From the NCBI GenBank assembly GCA_004764695.1, contig SMSO01000034.1, positions 310,001 through 374,000 on the forward strand: DNA of 64,000 nt, given 5' to 3'. Both the position numbers and the translations under genes were made by a program. This document shows, piece by piece, positions 11,839 through 21,582 of this stretch. Numbering within the stretch: the stretch's first letter is position 1; each line of letters begins with the position of its first letter. Source of the DNA: Schizochytrium sp. TIO01. Lineage: Eukaryota > Protista > Bigyra: Labyrinthulomycetes. The notes under the pieces were generated by a model that made no database searches, was not told the DNA's origin, and worked only from the letters and a program-made list of their open reading frames with translations.

Positions 11839-13857
11839 ATGGATTTAACCTCGCACTCGGGCAAAGCCAAAACGTCGAGTGAAGACAGTCAAACTTACCT
11901 CAAATATCAACTGTCAGATGACTCCTTCGTCACAGTTAGCATGGCCTACGAGTCAATTAAGGTTAAACGCGAAGAAGTTTCTCTCCGAGTCGTTACTGAT
12001 CCGGCACCTCCTGTTAAACACGAGATCACTAGTCAGGAATCAGGCTCTGTTCTTCTACTTGTCGTAGACACAAGTCGGTCAATGATTGATATTCAAGAGG
12101 ACCTGGCAGAGGAGTCAGGAGGCGGCTTCGCCACTCGAGGCGAGGTGGTCTTGGATGCCATTGACTCACTCATTGACGAGTGCCGCGACGAAGACGTGCT
12201 CGGTCTCGTCACCTTCGCTTACCAAAGCAAGGTCGTCTTTCCACTTGAGAACGCAAATGAAGACAATAAAAACGAATGGAAACGAAAGCTACGCGAAAAC
12301 ATCGAGTTCGCTGGAATGACAAACCTTGAAAATGGGATAATCAGTGCCGTGAGCCAACTTGAAGACCTTGATAAGGAAAGATACGCATCAGCATCAATCA
12401 TGATTATTTGTGATGGCTTTATCAACGCCGGTAAAGGCTTTGTCAATTCTATGGATGACGACAAGATCAAGGACGCCCAAAAAGAGCTCGCCGACTTCAC
12501 GAAAGAGTCATTTCAAGGAATTCAAGGAATTCAAGGTCTCAAAGTACGAGTTAGTGTCTGTGGTATTGGCGACGACTTCGACCGTGGAATGCTCCGCGAG
12601 ATGTGCAATACAGGGGCAGCAAGAGGACTGCCCTATTCTCTTGCACAGTCGAGCAAGCTCCTCGAGAAGATGAAGACAGCACTTTCGAAAACCTTGGAAC
12701 TTGAACGAATTCAACCTGCTGGACGAAGAAAGAAGAAGACCGTAGTCGCAAACGAGATGAAGATTCGAATTGAGCTACACCAAGGCGCTAGCCTGGACAT
12801 AGGAAAACATAGAAAACTATTAAGAAAAGGCAACAAGAAATCTGAGGGTATGAAAAAGATCTCATTGGACCCTTTTGACGATGGCTATCAGAGCATTACG
12901 TTCTCTCCTTTACCAGAGAAGGCAATGATCGACATACCTGTTCTGCTTGGCCCTGCTGATGGTCTTGGAGAGCGTGATGATACAGGTCAGCCTATTATGC
13001 CCCGACTTCCAAATACCAGAAACATGTACAGAATCGCTACAATCTATGCGTTATGGCCCAAGAAAGAAGAGAAAGGGCACATCGATGTAGTCCGAAAGGG
13101 GGGTGAATCAATACTAGACGAACAGATTCAAAGATTAAACAAGATTCAAGACACGATGGGCGGTCTGATCAGCACTCTGCGTAAGGTTTCAGGCATGGAT
13201 GAAATGGAGGCCGTACAAGAAGAAACCATTGTCGAAACTGAGAGCGAACTGGATTCTACGCAAGTAGATACAGTCCAAAAGTTAGAGGAGATTTTAGCAC
13301 TACATAAGTCGTTTACCAAAAAGCTGGACAATGGTAACTTTACGCAAAAGGAAGTTGACGAAGTTCTTCAGAGCAAGGAGATGCTGTCGAATTTGATAGA
13401 TATGTTTGTATCTGTGAGGAAAGCGATAAGCTATGTTTTTAATCTGAAGGAAGATCTGAAGAAAACGGACGCAGATGAGTATGTCTTAGGGTGTGATTTT
13501 GCAGGTTTCTGTGACCTTCTTTGTTCCTCTTTGGAAACAGGGCTGGGCAATACAGGTCTAGATACAGATGGTACGGGCGGCGGCGACCAGGCAGATACGA
13601 ATGATACAGATAGCAAGGGCGGCAGCGACCAGAAAGATATGAATGAGCTGTTAATGAAGGCAAAGGAAGCTCTTGGTGCTGTTATGGCAGGGCTTGAGAA
13701 TGCAATTGAAGACGGTATTGTTGAAAAGCTGCGAAGACAAATAGAAGACCAGGAAGACGAGCAAAAGAGGGGACATCCTCCACCCAAGCGATTATCTTCT
13801 AGAATTCGAGATTCCTTGAAAAGACTTTCCAGGTCTTCCAAAAGGGGGGACAGCTAA
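11839..13857 (+). CDS. vWA-domain protein, tandem copy 1 (MIDAS intact) with beta-rich domain and acidic helical C-terminus
   Basis: LLLVVDTSRSM (DxSxS), AGMTNLENG (Thr) and IMIICDG (Asp). First ATG is at 11839; the ORF track uses the TTG at 11830. Confidence 0.88.
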   Translation: MDLTSHSGKAKTSSEDSQTYLKYQLSDDSFVTVSMAYESIKVKREEVSLRVVTDPAPPVKHEITSQESGSVLLLVVDTSRSMIDIQEDLAEESGGGFATRGEVVLDAIDSLIDECRDEDVLGLVTFAYQSKVVFPLENANEDNKNEWKRKLRENIEFAGMTNLENGIISAVSQLEDLDKERYASASIMIICDGFINAGKGFVNSMDDDKIKDAQKELADFTKESFQGIQGIQGLKVRVSVCGIGDDFDRGMLREMCNTGAARGLPYSLAQSSKLLEKMKTALSKTLELERIQPAGRRKKKTVVANEMKIRIELHQGASLDIGKHRKLLRKGNKKSEGMKKISLDPFDDGYQSITFSPLPEKAMIDIPVLLGPADGLGERDDTGQPIMPRLPNTRNMYRIATIYALWPKKEEKGHIDVVRKGGESILDEQIQRLNKIQDTMGGLISTLRKVSGMDEMEAVQEETIVETESELDSTQVDTVQKLEEILALHKSFTKKLDNGNFTQKEVDEVLQSKEMLSNLIDMFVSVRKAISYVFNLKEDLKKTDADEYVLGCDFAGFCDLLCSSLETGLGNTGLDTDGTGGGDQADTNDTDSKGGSDQKDMNELLMKAKEALGAVMAGLENAIEDGIVEKLRRQIEDQEDEQKRGHPPPKRLSSRIRDSLKRLSRSSKRGDS

Positions 13858-14640
13858 CTTTGAGGCTGATATAATAAGGCATGTGTCGTCCAACGATTTA
13901 TCTGTACTTTCTTCATTCACTTCAGATCTGCAGGGTAGTCTATATTAATGTTTTCCAAGTAAACAAAATATGTTACTATCTCGTATCATTGATTTTTCTG
14001 TGCTATAAAAATTTGAGCGAGTGTAATGATGATTGAAAATTGTGAAGTTTAAAAGACAAATAAAATGTATTCAAAAAAATAAATTTTATTTAAAGTATTA
14101 CTCATATTCAAAAGCGAAGCTAAAAGTGATCGCAAAATCATAATTGGCTCGTGTTGTATGGTTTAATGGCGACGTCCCGCATCCTAATTTTATTTTATTT
14201 TATTGTTTCAAAATGATTCATGTAAATTAAATGAAAAGTAAGAGTCCTTATAAGGAATCTATCAAGAACGACCAAGAGTTGAACCCATGAGTCTTTTCTT
14301 CTTCTCCATACTCTTTTTTCTCTTCGAAGTTGAAAGGAAAAATAAAGAAAAGAGAAAAAGTAAAAACGTTTTCACTCCAAATTCAAAACATTTTCTACGC
14401 AGCGACAACAACAGCAACAGCAACAGCAAAACAAGCAAGTGCTCCCGCGGCAGACCAGCAATCCTGCGAATCTCAAAGTGGTACACAGATCACATCTTCG
14501 CTCCATCCGTAGCTTGTGAAGCTGCCAGGCCCGAGGCCTGGCGTTCCCAAGCATAAACTCTGCGCTTGAATACCCGCTGCAGCATACCTGATAGGCGGGA
14601 CTCACGAAGAGTCCTTCGACTTGGACGATACAAAGACAAA

Positions 14641-16641
14641 ATGGATCTAACCTCGCGCTCGAGCAAAGCCAAAACGTCGAGTGAAGACAGTCACACTTAC
14701 CTCAAATATCAACTGTCAGATGACTCCTTCGTCACAGTTAGCATGGCCTACAAGTCAATTGATGTTGAATCCGAACAAGTTTCTCTCCGAGTCGTTACTG
14801 ATCCGGCACCTCCTGTTGTTGCACACAGGATCACTAGTCAGGAGGACGAAATAGGCGCTGTTCTTCTACTTGTCGTAGCCACAAGTCGGTCAATGGTTGA
14901 TATTCAAGAGGACCTAGCAGAGGAGTCAGGAGGCGGCTTCGCCACCCGAGGCGAGGTGGTCTTGGATGCCATTGACTCACTCATTGACGAGTGCCGCGAC
15001 GAAGACGTGCTCGGTCTCGTTACTTTTGCGAGTCGAAGCGAGGTCGTCTTTCCACTTGAGAACGCAAATAAAGACAATAAAAACGAATGGAAACGAAAGC
15101 TTCGGCGTGATATTGCGTTTGACGGGAGAGAAAATCTTGAAAAAGGGATTATCGATGCCTTGAGCCAACTTGAAGACCTTGATAAGGAAAGATACGCATC
15201 AGCATCAATCATGATTATTTGTGATGGCTTTATCAACGCCGGTAAAGGCTTTATCAATTCTATGAGGAAAGAGAAGATCAAGGCCGCCCAAAAAGAGCTC
15301 GTCGACTTCACAAAAGAGTCATTGCAAGAAATTGAAGGTCTCAAAGTACGAGTTAGTGTCTGTGGTATTGGCGACGGCTTTGACCGTGGAATGCTCCGCG
15401 AGATGTCCAAAACAGGGGCAGCAAGAGGACTGCCCTATTCTCTCGCACAGTCGAGCACGCTACTCGAGAGTATGAAGACGGCACTTTTGAATTTCTTGGA
15501 ACTTGAACGAATTCAACCTGCTGGACGAAAAAAGAAGAACAACTTAGTCGCAAACGAGATGAAGATTCGAATTGAGCTAAACCAAGGCGCTAGCCTGGAG
15601 ATGGGAAGACTTAGAAGACTATTAAGGAAAGGCAACAAAAAGAATTCTCCTGAGGGTATGAAAAAGATCTCATTGGATCCTTTTGACGATGGCTATCAGA
15701 GCATTACGTTCTCTCCTTTACCAGAGAAGGCAATGATCGACATACCTGTTCTGCTTGGCCCTGCTGATGGTTTTGGAGAGCTTGGTGAAGGGCAGGATGT
15801 TTTTATGCCCCGCCTTCCAAATACCAAGAACATGTACAGAATCGCTACAATCTATGCGTTATGGCTCAAGGATGATGAGGTAATTGAGAAAGAAGTGAAA
15901 GGGCACATCGATGTAGTCAGAAAGGGGAATCAATCGATACTAGACGAACAGATTCAAAGATTAAACGAGATTCAAGACACGATGGGCGGTCTGATCGCTA
16001 CTCTACGTGAGGTTTCAGGCATGGACGAAATGGAGGCCGATCGAGAAGAAACCATTGCCGAAACTGAGAGCGAACTGAATTCTATGCAAGTAGATACAGT
16101 CCAAAATTTAGAGGAGATCTTAGAACTACATAAGTCGCTTACCAAAAAGCTGGACAATGGCAACTTTACGCAAAGGGAAGTTGACGAAGTTCTTCAGAGC
16201 AAGGAGATGCTGTCGAATTTGATAGATATGTTTGTAGCTGGGAGGAAAGCGATAGACTATGTTTTAAAACTGAAGAAAGATCTGGAGAAAGCGGACGCAG
16301 ATGAGTATGTCTTAGGGTGTGATTTTGCAAGTTTCGTTGACCTTCTTTGTTCCTCTTTGGAAACAGGGATGGGTAATACAGGTCTAGATACAGATGGTAC
16401 GGGCGGCAGTGACCAGACAGATACGAATGAGCTGTTAATGGAGGCGAAGAAAGCCCTTGAGACTGTTACGGAAGGGCTTGGGAGTGCAATTGAAGACGGT
16501 ATTGTTGAAAAGCTGCGAAGACAAATAGAAGACCAGGAAGACGAGCAAAAGAGGGGACATCCTCCACCCAAGCGATTATCTTCTAGAATTCGAGATTCCT
16601 TGAAAAGACTTTCCAGGTCTTCCAAAAGGGGGGACAGCTAA
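14641..16641 (+). CDS. vWA-domain protein, tandem copy 2 (MIDAS degenerate)
   Basis: Paralog of copy 1 with LLLVVATSRSM and DGRENLEKG. ATG 14641 aligns with the copy 1 start. Confidence 0.86.
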   Translation: MDLTSRSSKAKTSSEDSHTYLKYQLSDDSFVTVSMAYKSIDVESEQVSLRVVTDPAPPVVAHRITSQEDEIGAVLLLVVATSRSMVDIQEDLAEESGGGFATRGEVVLDAIDSLIDECRDEDVLGLVTFASRSEVVFPLENANKDNKNEWKRKLRRDIAFDGRENLEKGIIDALSQLEDLDKERYASASIMIICDGFINAGKGFINSMRKEKIKAAQKELVDFTKESLQEIEGLKVRVSVCGIGDGFDRGMLREMSKTGAARGLPYSLAQSSTLLESMKTALLNFLELERIQPAGRKKKNNLVANEMKIRIELNQGASLEMGRLRRLLRKGNKKNSPEGMKKISLDPFDDGYQSITFSPLPEKAMIDIPVLLGPADGFGELGEGQDVFMPRLPNTKNMYRIATIYALWLKDDEVIEKEVKGHIDVVRKGNQSILDEQIQRLNEIQDTMGGLIATLREVSGMDEMEADREETIAETESELNSMQVDTVQNLEEILELHKSLTKKLDNGNFTQREVDEVLQSKEMLSNLIDMFVAGRKAIDYVLKLKKDLEKADADEYVLGCDFASFVDLLCSSLETGMGNTGLDTDGTGGSDQTDTNELLMEAKKALETVTEGLGSAIEDGIVEKLRRQIEDQEDEQKRGHPPPKRLSSRIRDSLKRLSRSSKRGDS

Positions 16642-17448
16642 CTTTGAGGCAGATATAATAAGGCATGTGTCGTCCAACGATTTATCTGTACTTTCTTCAT
16701 TCACTTCAGATCTGCGGAGTCGTCCATTTAAATATTTTTCAAGTAGATAAGATAAAATATGTTACTATCTCGAATCATTGATTTTTCTGTGCTATAAAAA
16801 TTTGAGCGAGTGTAATGATGATTGAAAATTGTGAAATTTAAAAGACAAATAAAATGTATTCAAAAAAATAAATTTTATTTAAAGTATTACTCATATTCAA
16901 AAGCGAAGCTAAAAGAGAGATCGAATTTAAAAGTGATCGCAAAATCATAATTGGCTTTTGTTGTATGGTTTAATGGCACGTCCCGCATCCTAATTTTATT
17001 TTATTTTTTGTTTCAAAATGATTCATGTAGAAATTAAATGAAAAGTAAGAGTCCTTATAAGGAATCTATGAAGAACGACCAAGAGTTGAACCCATGAGTC
17101 TTTTCTTCTTCTCCATACTCTTTTTTTTTCTTCGAAGTTGAAAGGAAAAATAAAGAAAAGAGAAAAAGTAAAAACGTTTTCACTCCAAATTCAAAACATT
17201 TTCTACGCAGCGACAACAACAGCAACAGCAACAGCAAAACAAGCAAGTGCTCCCGCGGCAGACCAGCAATCCTGCGAATCTCAAAGTGGTACACAGATCA
17301 CATCTTCGCTCCATCCGTAGCTTGTGAAGCTGCGAGGCCCGAGGTCTGGCGTTCCCAAGCATAAACTCTGCGCTTGAATACCCGCTGCAGCATACCTGAT
17401 AGGCGGGACTCACGAAGAGTCCTTCGACTTGGACGATACAAAGACAAA

Positions 17449-19470
17449 ATGGATCTAACCTCGCGCTCGGGCAAAGCCAAAACGTCGAGTGAAGACAGTC
17501 AAACTTACCTCAAATATCAATTGTCAGATGACTCCTTCGTCACAGTTAGCATGCCCTACGAGTCAATTGATGTTGAATCCGAACAAGTTTCTCTTCGAGT
17601 CGTTACTGATCCGGCACCTCCTGTTGTTGCACACGAGATCACTAGTCAGGAGGACGAAATAGGCTCTGTTCTTCTACTTGTCGTAGCCACAAGTCGGTCA
17701 ATGATTGATTTTCAAGAGGGCCTGGCAGAGGAGTCAGAAGACAGCTTCGCCACCCGAGGCGAGGTGGTCTTGGATGCCATTGACTCACTCATTGACGAGT
17801 GCCGCGACGAAGACGTGCTCGGTCTCGTCACGTTTGCGAGTCGAAGCAAGGTCGTCTTTCCACTTCAGAACGCAAATGAAGACAAAAAGAAAGAATGGAA
17901 ACGAAAGCTTCGGCGTGATATTGCGTTTGGCGGGAGGGAAAATCTTGAAAATGGGATAATCAGTGCCGTGAGCCAACTTGAAGACCTTGATAAGGAAAGA
18001 TACGCATCAGCATCAATCATGATTATTTGTGATGGCTTTATCAACGCCGGTAAAGGCTTTATCAATTCTTTGAATGACGACAAGATCAAGGCTGCCCAAA
18101 AAGAGCTCGTCGACTTCACAAAAGAGTCATTGCAAGGAATTCAAGGTCTCAAAGTACGAGTTAGTGTCTGTGGTATTGCCGACGACTTTGACCGTGGAAT
18201 GCTCCGCGAGATGTGCAAGACAGGGGCGGCAGGAGGACTGCCCTATTCTCTTGCACAGCCGAGCAAGCTCCTCGAGAAGATGAAGACAGCACTTTCGAAA
18301 ACCTTGGAACTTGAACGAATTCAACCTGCTGGACGAAGAAAGAAGAAGACCGTAGTCGCAAACGAGATGAAGATTCGAATTGAGCTACACCAAGGCGCTA
18401 GCCTGAGCATATTAGAACTTAGAAGACTATTAAGAAAAGGCAACAAGAAATCTGAGGGTATGAAAAAGATCTCATTGGATCCTGTTGACGATGGCGATCA
18501 GAGCATTACGTTCTCTCCTTTACCAGAGAAGGCAATGGTCGACATACCTGTTCTGCTTGGCCCTGCTGATGGTCTTGGAGAGCGTGATGATACAGGTCAG
18601 AATATTATGCCCCTCCTTCCAAATACCAAGAACATGTACAGAATCGCTACAATCTATGCATTATGGCTCAAGGATAATGAGGTAATTGAGAAAGAAGTGA
18701 AAGGGTACATCGATGTAGTCAGAAAGGGGAATCAATCGATACTAGACGAACAGATTCAAAGATTAAACGAGATTCAAGACACGATGGGCGGTCTGATCGC
18801 TACTCTACGTGAGGTTTCAGGCATGGACGAAATGGAGGCCGATCGAGAAGAAACCATTGCCGAAACTGAGAGCGAACTGAATTCTACGCAAGTAGATACA
18901 GTCCAAAATTTAGAGGAGATCTTAGAACTACATAAGTCGCTTACCAAAAAGCTGGACAATGGCAACTTTACGCAAAGGGAAGTTGACGAAGTTCTTCAGA
19001 GCAAGGAGATGCTGTCGAATTTGATAGATATGTTTGTAGCTGGGTGGAAAGCGATAGACTATGTTTTAAAACTGAAGAAAGATCTGGAGAAAGCGGACGC
19101 AGATGAGTATGTCTTAGGGTGTGATTTTGCAGGTTTTTTTGACCTTCTTTGTTCCTCTTTGGAAACAGGGCTGGGTGATACAGGTCTAGATACAGATGGT
19201 ACGGGCGGCAGCGACCAGAAAGATATGAATGAGCTGTTAAAGGAGGCGAAGAAAGCTCTTGATGCTGTTATGGCAGGGCTTGAGAATGCAATTGAAGACG
19301 GCATTGTTCAAAGTCTGGTAGCCGACTTAGAGCGGAAAGGTGCAGGCATTGAAGACCAGGAAGACGAGCAAAAGAGAGGATATCCTGCACCCAAGCGATT
19401 ATCTTCTAGAATTCGAGATTCCTTGAAGAGACTTTCCAGGTCTTCCAAAAGGGGGGACAGCCAACGTTGA
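17449..19470 (+). CDS. vWA-domain protein, tandem copy 3 (MIDAS degenerate, mosaic of copies 1 and 2)
   Basis: Paralog with LLLVVATSRSM and GGRENLENG; ATG at 17449. Confidence 0.86.
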   Translation: MDLTSRSGKAKTSSEDSQTYLKYQLSDDSFVTVSMPYESIDVESEQVSLRVVTDPAPPVVAHEITSQEDEIGSVLLLVVATSRSMIDFQEGLAEESEDSFATRGEVVLDAIDSLIDECRDEDVLGLVTFASRSKVVFPLQNANEDKKKEWKRKLRRDIAFGGRENLENGIISAVSQLEDLDKERYASASIMIICDGFINAGKGFINSLNDDKIKAAQKELVDFTKESLQGIQGLKVRVSVCGIADDFDRGMLREMCKTGAAGGLPYSLAQPSKLLEKMKTALSKTLELERIQPAGRRKKKTVVANEMKIRIELHQGASLSILELRRLLRKGNKKSEGMKKISLDPVDDGDQSITFSPLPEKAMVDIPVLLGPADGLGERDDTGQNIMPLLPNTKNMYRIATIYALWLKDNEVIEKEVKGYIDVVRKGNQSILDEQIQRLNEIQDTMGGLIATLREVSGMDEMEADREETIAETESELNSTQVDTVQNLEEILELHKSLTKKLDNGNFTQREVDEVLQSKEMLSNLIDMFVAGWKAIDYVLKLKKDLEKADADEYVLGCDFAGFFDLLCSSLETGLGDTGLDTDGTGGSDQKDMNELLKEAKKALDAVMAGLENAIEDGIVQSLVADLERKGAGIEDQEDEQKRGYPAPKRLSSRIRDSLKRLSRSSKRGDSQR

Positions 19471-19879
19471 AACTCCTGGGAAGATGAAACGAGGTAAACG
19501 TTAATTTCAGGGTGATCAAGAGAAGGAGAACAGCAGAAATAACAAAGTCCACAATGGAGAGGTCGGCCAACGCGCAAAGCGCGCATTCCGGGAAACAAAT
19601 AAGCAAAGTGAATGTTTTTCTTTAAAAAAAAAATAGTTAAAAATAAACGAAGTAAGCATAATTTCATTTCCCTATTTAAAAGAACAAAACAAAAACAAAA
19701 CGATCCGCGTGGGAGTGATTGATAAAAACAAAAAACACTGGGGAAAACTGGGTTCATCGGGCACATTCCTAAGACCGAAGCTGGCGAGGATGCACATAGT
19801 TTCCAGAGGCTTGAGTGGCATTAAAAAAGGAAGCATGGTTCAAAGGGATATCTTACTTAACTTGACTTTGAAACCAAGG

Positions 19880-21360
19880 GTTAATAGTAGATATTACAGT
19901 GAAGCTGAAAGCTTTAAAAGAATACTACCTACCTGGTTTTATTTGCTACAAGCCTTAACTACGGAACTGGCGCGCTGATGATGAATGCGTCCAGGCTTTC
20001 GCCGAGCAGAGCTATATGTAATGAAAGAAGAGCTGATTTTCTCAGCCACGAACGAAGAACAGTCCTCCACTGTGTTGGCAAAGTTTTGCGATGGATTTAT
20101 TACAACAGGGGTTGGATTTTTGCGTGACAAGACATGATATCAAGATGCTAATCAAGAACTCATCCAGATGATCAGGAGTAGTTTGACAGATGAGGGTCTG
20201 AAAGATGTGAGTGTGTCCATTCACTGCTGCGGCATTCGGACTGACTTTTATAGAAGGCTTGTGAGTCAGATTTCCCAAGATTGTGGAAATGGAGAAGGTT
20301 TCGCTACACCCGAAGAACAAGTGAACCAAACGGAAGGATTTTTATCCACCATATTGAAGAATGAAAGGCGCTCGTCCAAAGCAGGGGGGCGGATTAGTGT
20401 CCAATTTTATCGCAGAGGAAGGGTTGATCTTATTCTCCCCTGCAATGTTCGCTTCGACCAAACTTGTATAAAAATTAAAACGATCAGGTAAAATAAAGAG
20501 TATCTAATCACACCTCAAAAGTTGGATTCAGGCCAAGCCATTTCATTCTCAATGCAAGTGCTGCGAGTAGAAAATGTCAAGCTTCTTCGATATTCCTTGG
20601 AAGGTTGCGAGCATGTGGGATCAATTGCCTATGTGAGACGCAGGATATGCAAGCGCGACCACCAAAAGTATATCCGGCGTCAAACTACTAGAGTGCACAG
20701 TGAAATTGCCACAACGATGGAAGATCAGAGTCTGTACCAAGACGAACAGCAAATTCTTAATTCAAAGAAGCCAGCCCTGTCTAAACTAGAATCATTGAAA
20801 AGGGACTTGGGTAAGAGTGTGAAACTTGCAAAAACAATAGATCCCGATTCTGTAAAGCGTCTAGGCGAAACTAAGATTATACTGGAAAAGGCCATAGATG
20901 CTATTAAGGATGCTGCTCAGAAATGTGATAACGCCAATGACTCAGAAGAAAAACTAACGCTAGATTTTCATCTAAGTTCACGATTCCAAACCTTGGCTGA
21001 TGTGCTTCGCGCAGAAACGTCTTCCTTTTTAGTGCTGGTATTTAACAAAAAACAAGATCGGGAAGTTGTCCAAAATGTACCAGTGCGACACCTTACTGTA
21101 AGCTGTTGAACAAGAACTTAAGGATCTGGAAGACATACATCGCGTCGGAAACTTTACCGAAAGAGCAATACAAGAACAACAATTTGACAATCATAAGCAA
21201 ACAGCCTGTGAGTGACGTGAGGAGCCTCGTAGGGAGCTCAAACAAGAAGGGTTTCTCAACCGGACATCGATGAAGGACAAAATCTCGGGGCGATGGAGTT
21301 AACCGAGACGACGATCCCGACAGCACGGAAACCCGACAAAATCGACGTGGAACGACTAGT
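19880..21360 (+). pseudogene. Divergent vWA-family pseudogene
   Basis: ORFs 19709, 20168 and 20522 share one frame, split by in-frame stops (TGA 19976-19984, TGA 20135, TAA 20489). FCDGFITTGVGFL..*YQDANQELIQM..GLKDVSVSIHCCGIRTDFYRRLV matches ICDGFINAGKGFV..KDAQKELADF..GLKVRVSVCGIGDDFDRGML of the array genes. Ends are approximate. Confidence 0.72.
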
Positions 21361-21582
21361 TCATATCAAGTTCATCCTCAAATGATCCTCCAAAGTAGCT
21401 CATGTTTGTATTGATGTTCTATACTGTATATTTTTCGCTTTAACCACGATTGCAGATTTGTCAAAGCGCACAACAATTTCCCCCAAAACAAATTATTATT
21501 TGAAGCCTAGAAATAAGTAATCGTACAGCACTAAAATACAATAGGTACTAAAACACTACGTTCAAAAGTTGGAAATTGATTC

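Larger units (their letters stand above)
11835..19470 (+). repeat. Tandem gene array, ~2.8 kb period (3 CDS, 2 near-identical spacers)
   Basis: ATGs at 11839, 14641 and 17449 (periods 2802 and 2808). Spacers 13858-14640 and 16642-17448 are near-identical, including a CAA/CAG tract. Confidence 0.95.

Noticed and set aside
14566-14640. TTG/GTG-initiated N-terminal extensions (also 11830, 17374, 25332, 35634, 53428)
   Set aside because: The sequence is eukaryotic, and paralog alignment or the first in-frame ATG points to downstream starts.
14262-14672. Small ORFs with poly-L/poly-C/poly-T-A runs (repeated at 17055-17480)
   Set aside because: They arise from a CAA/CAG microsatellite in the duplicated spacer and are not independent genes.
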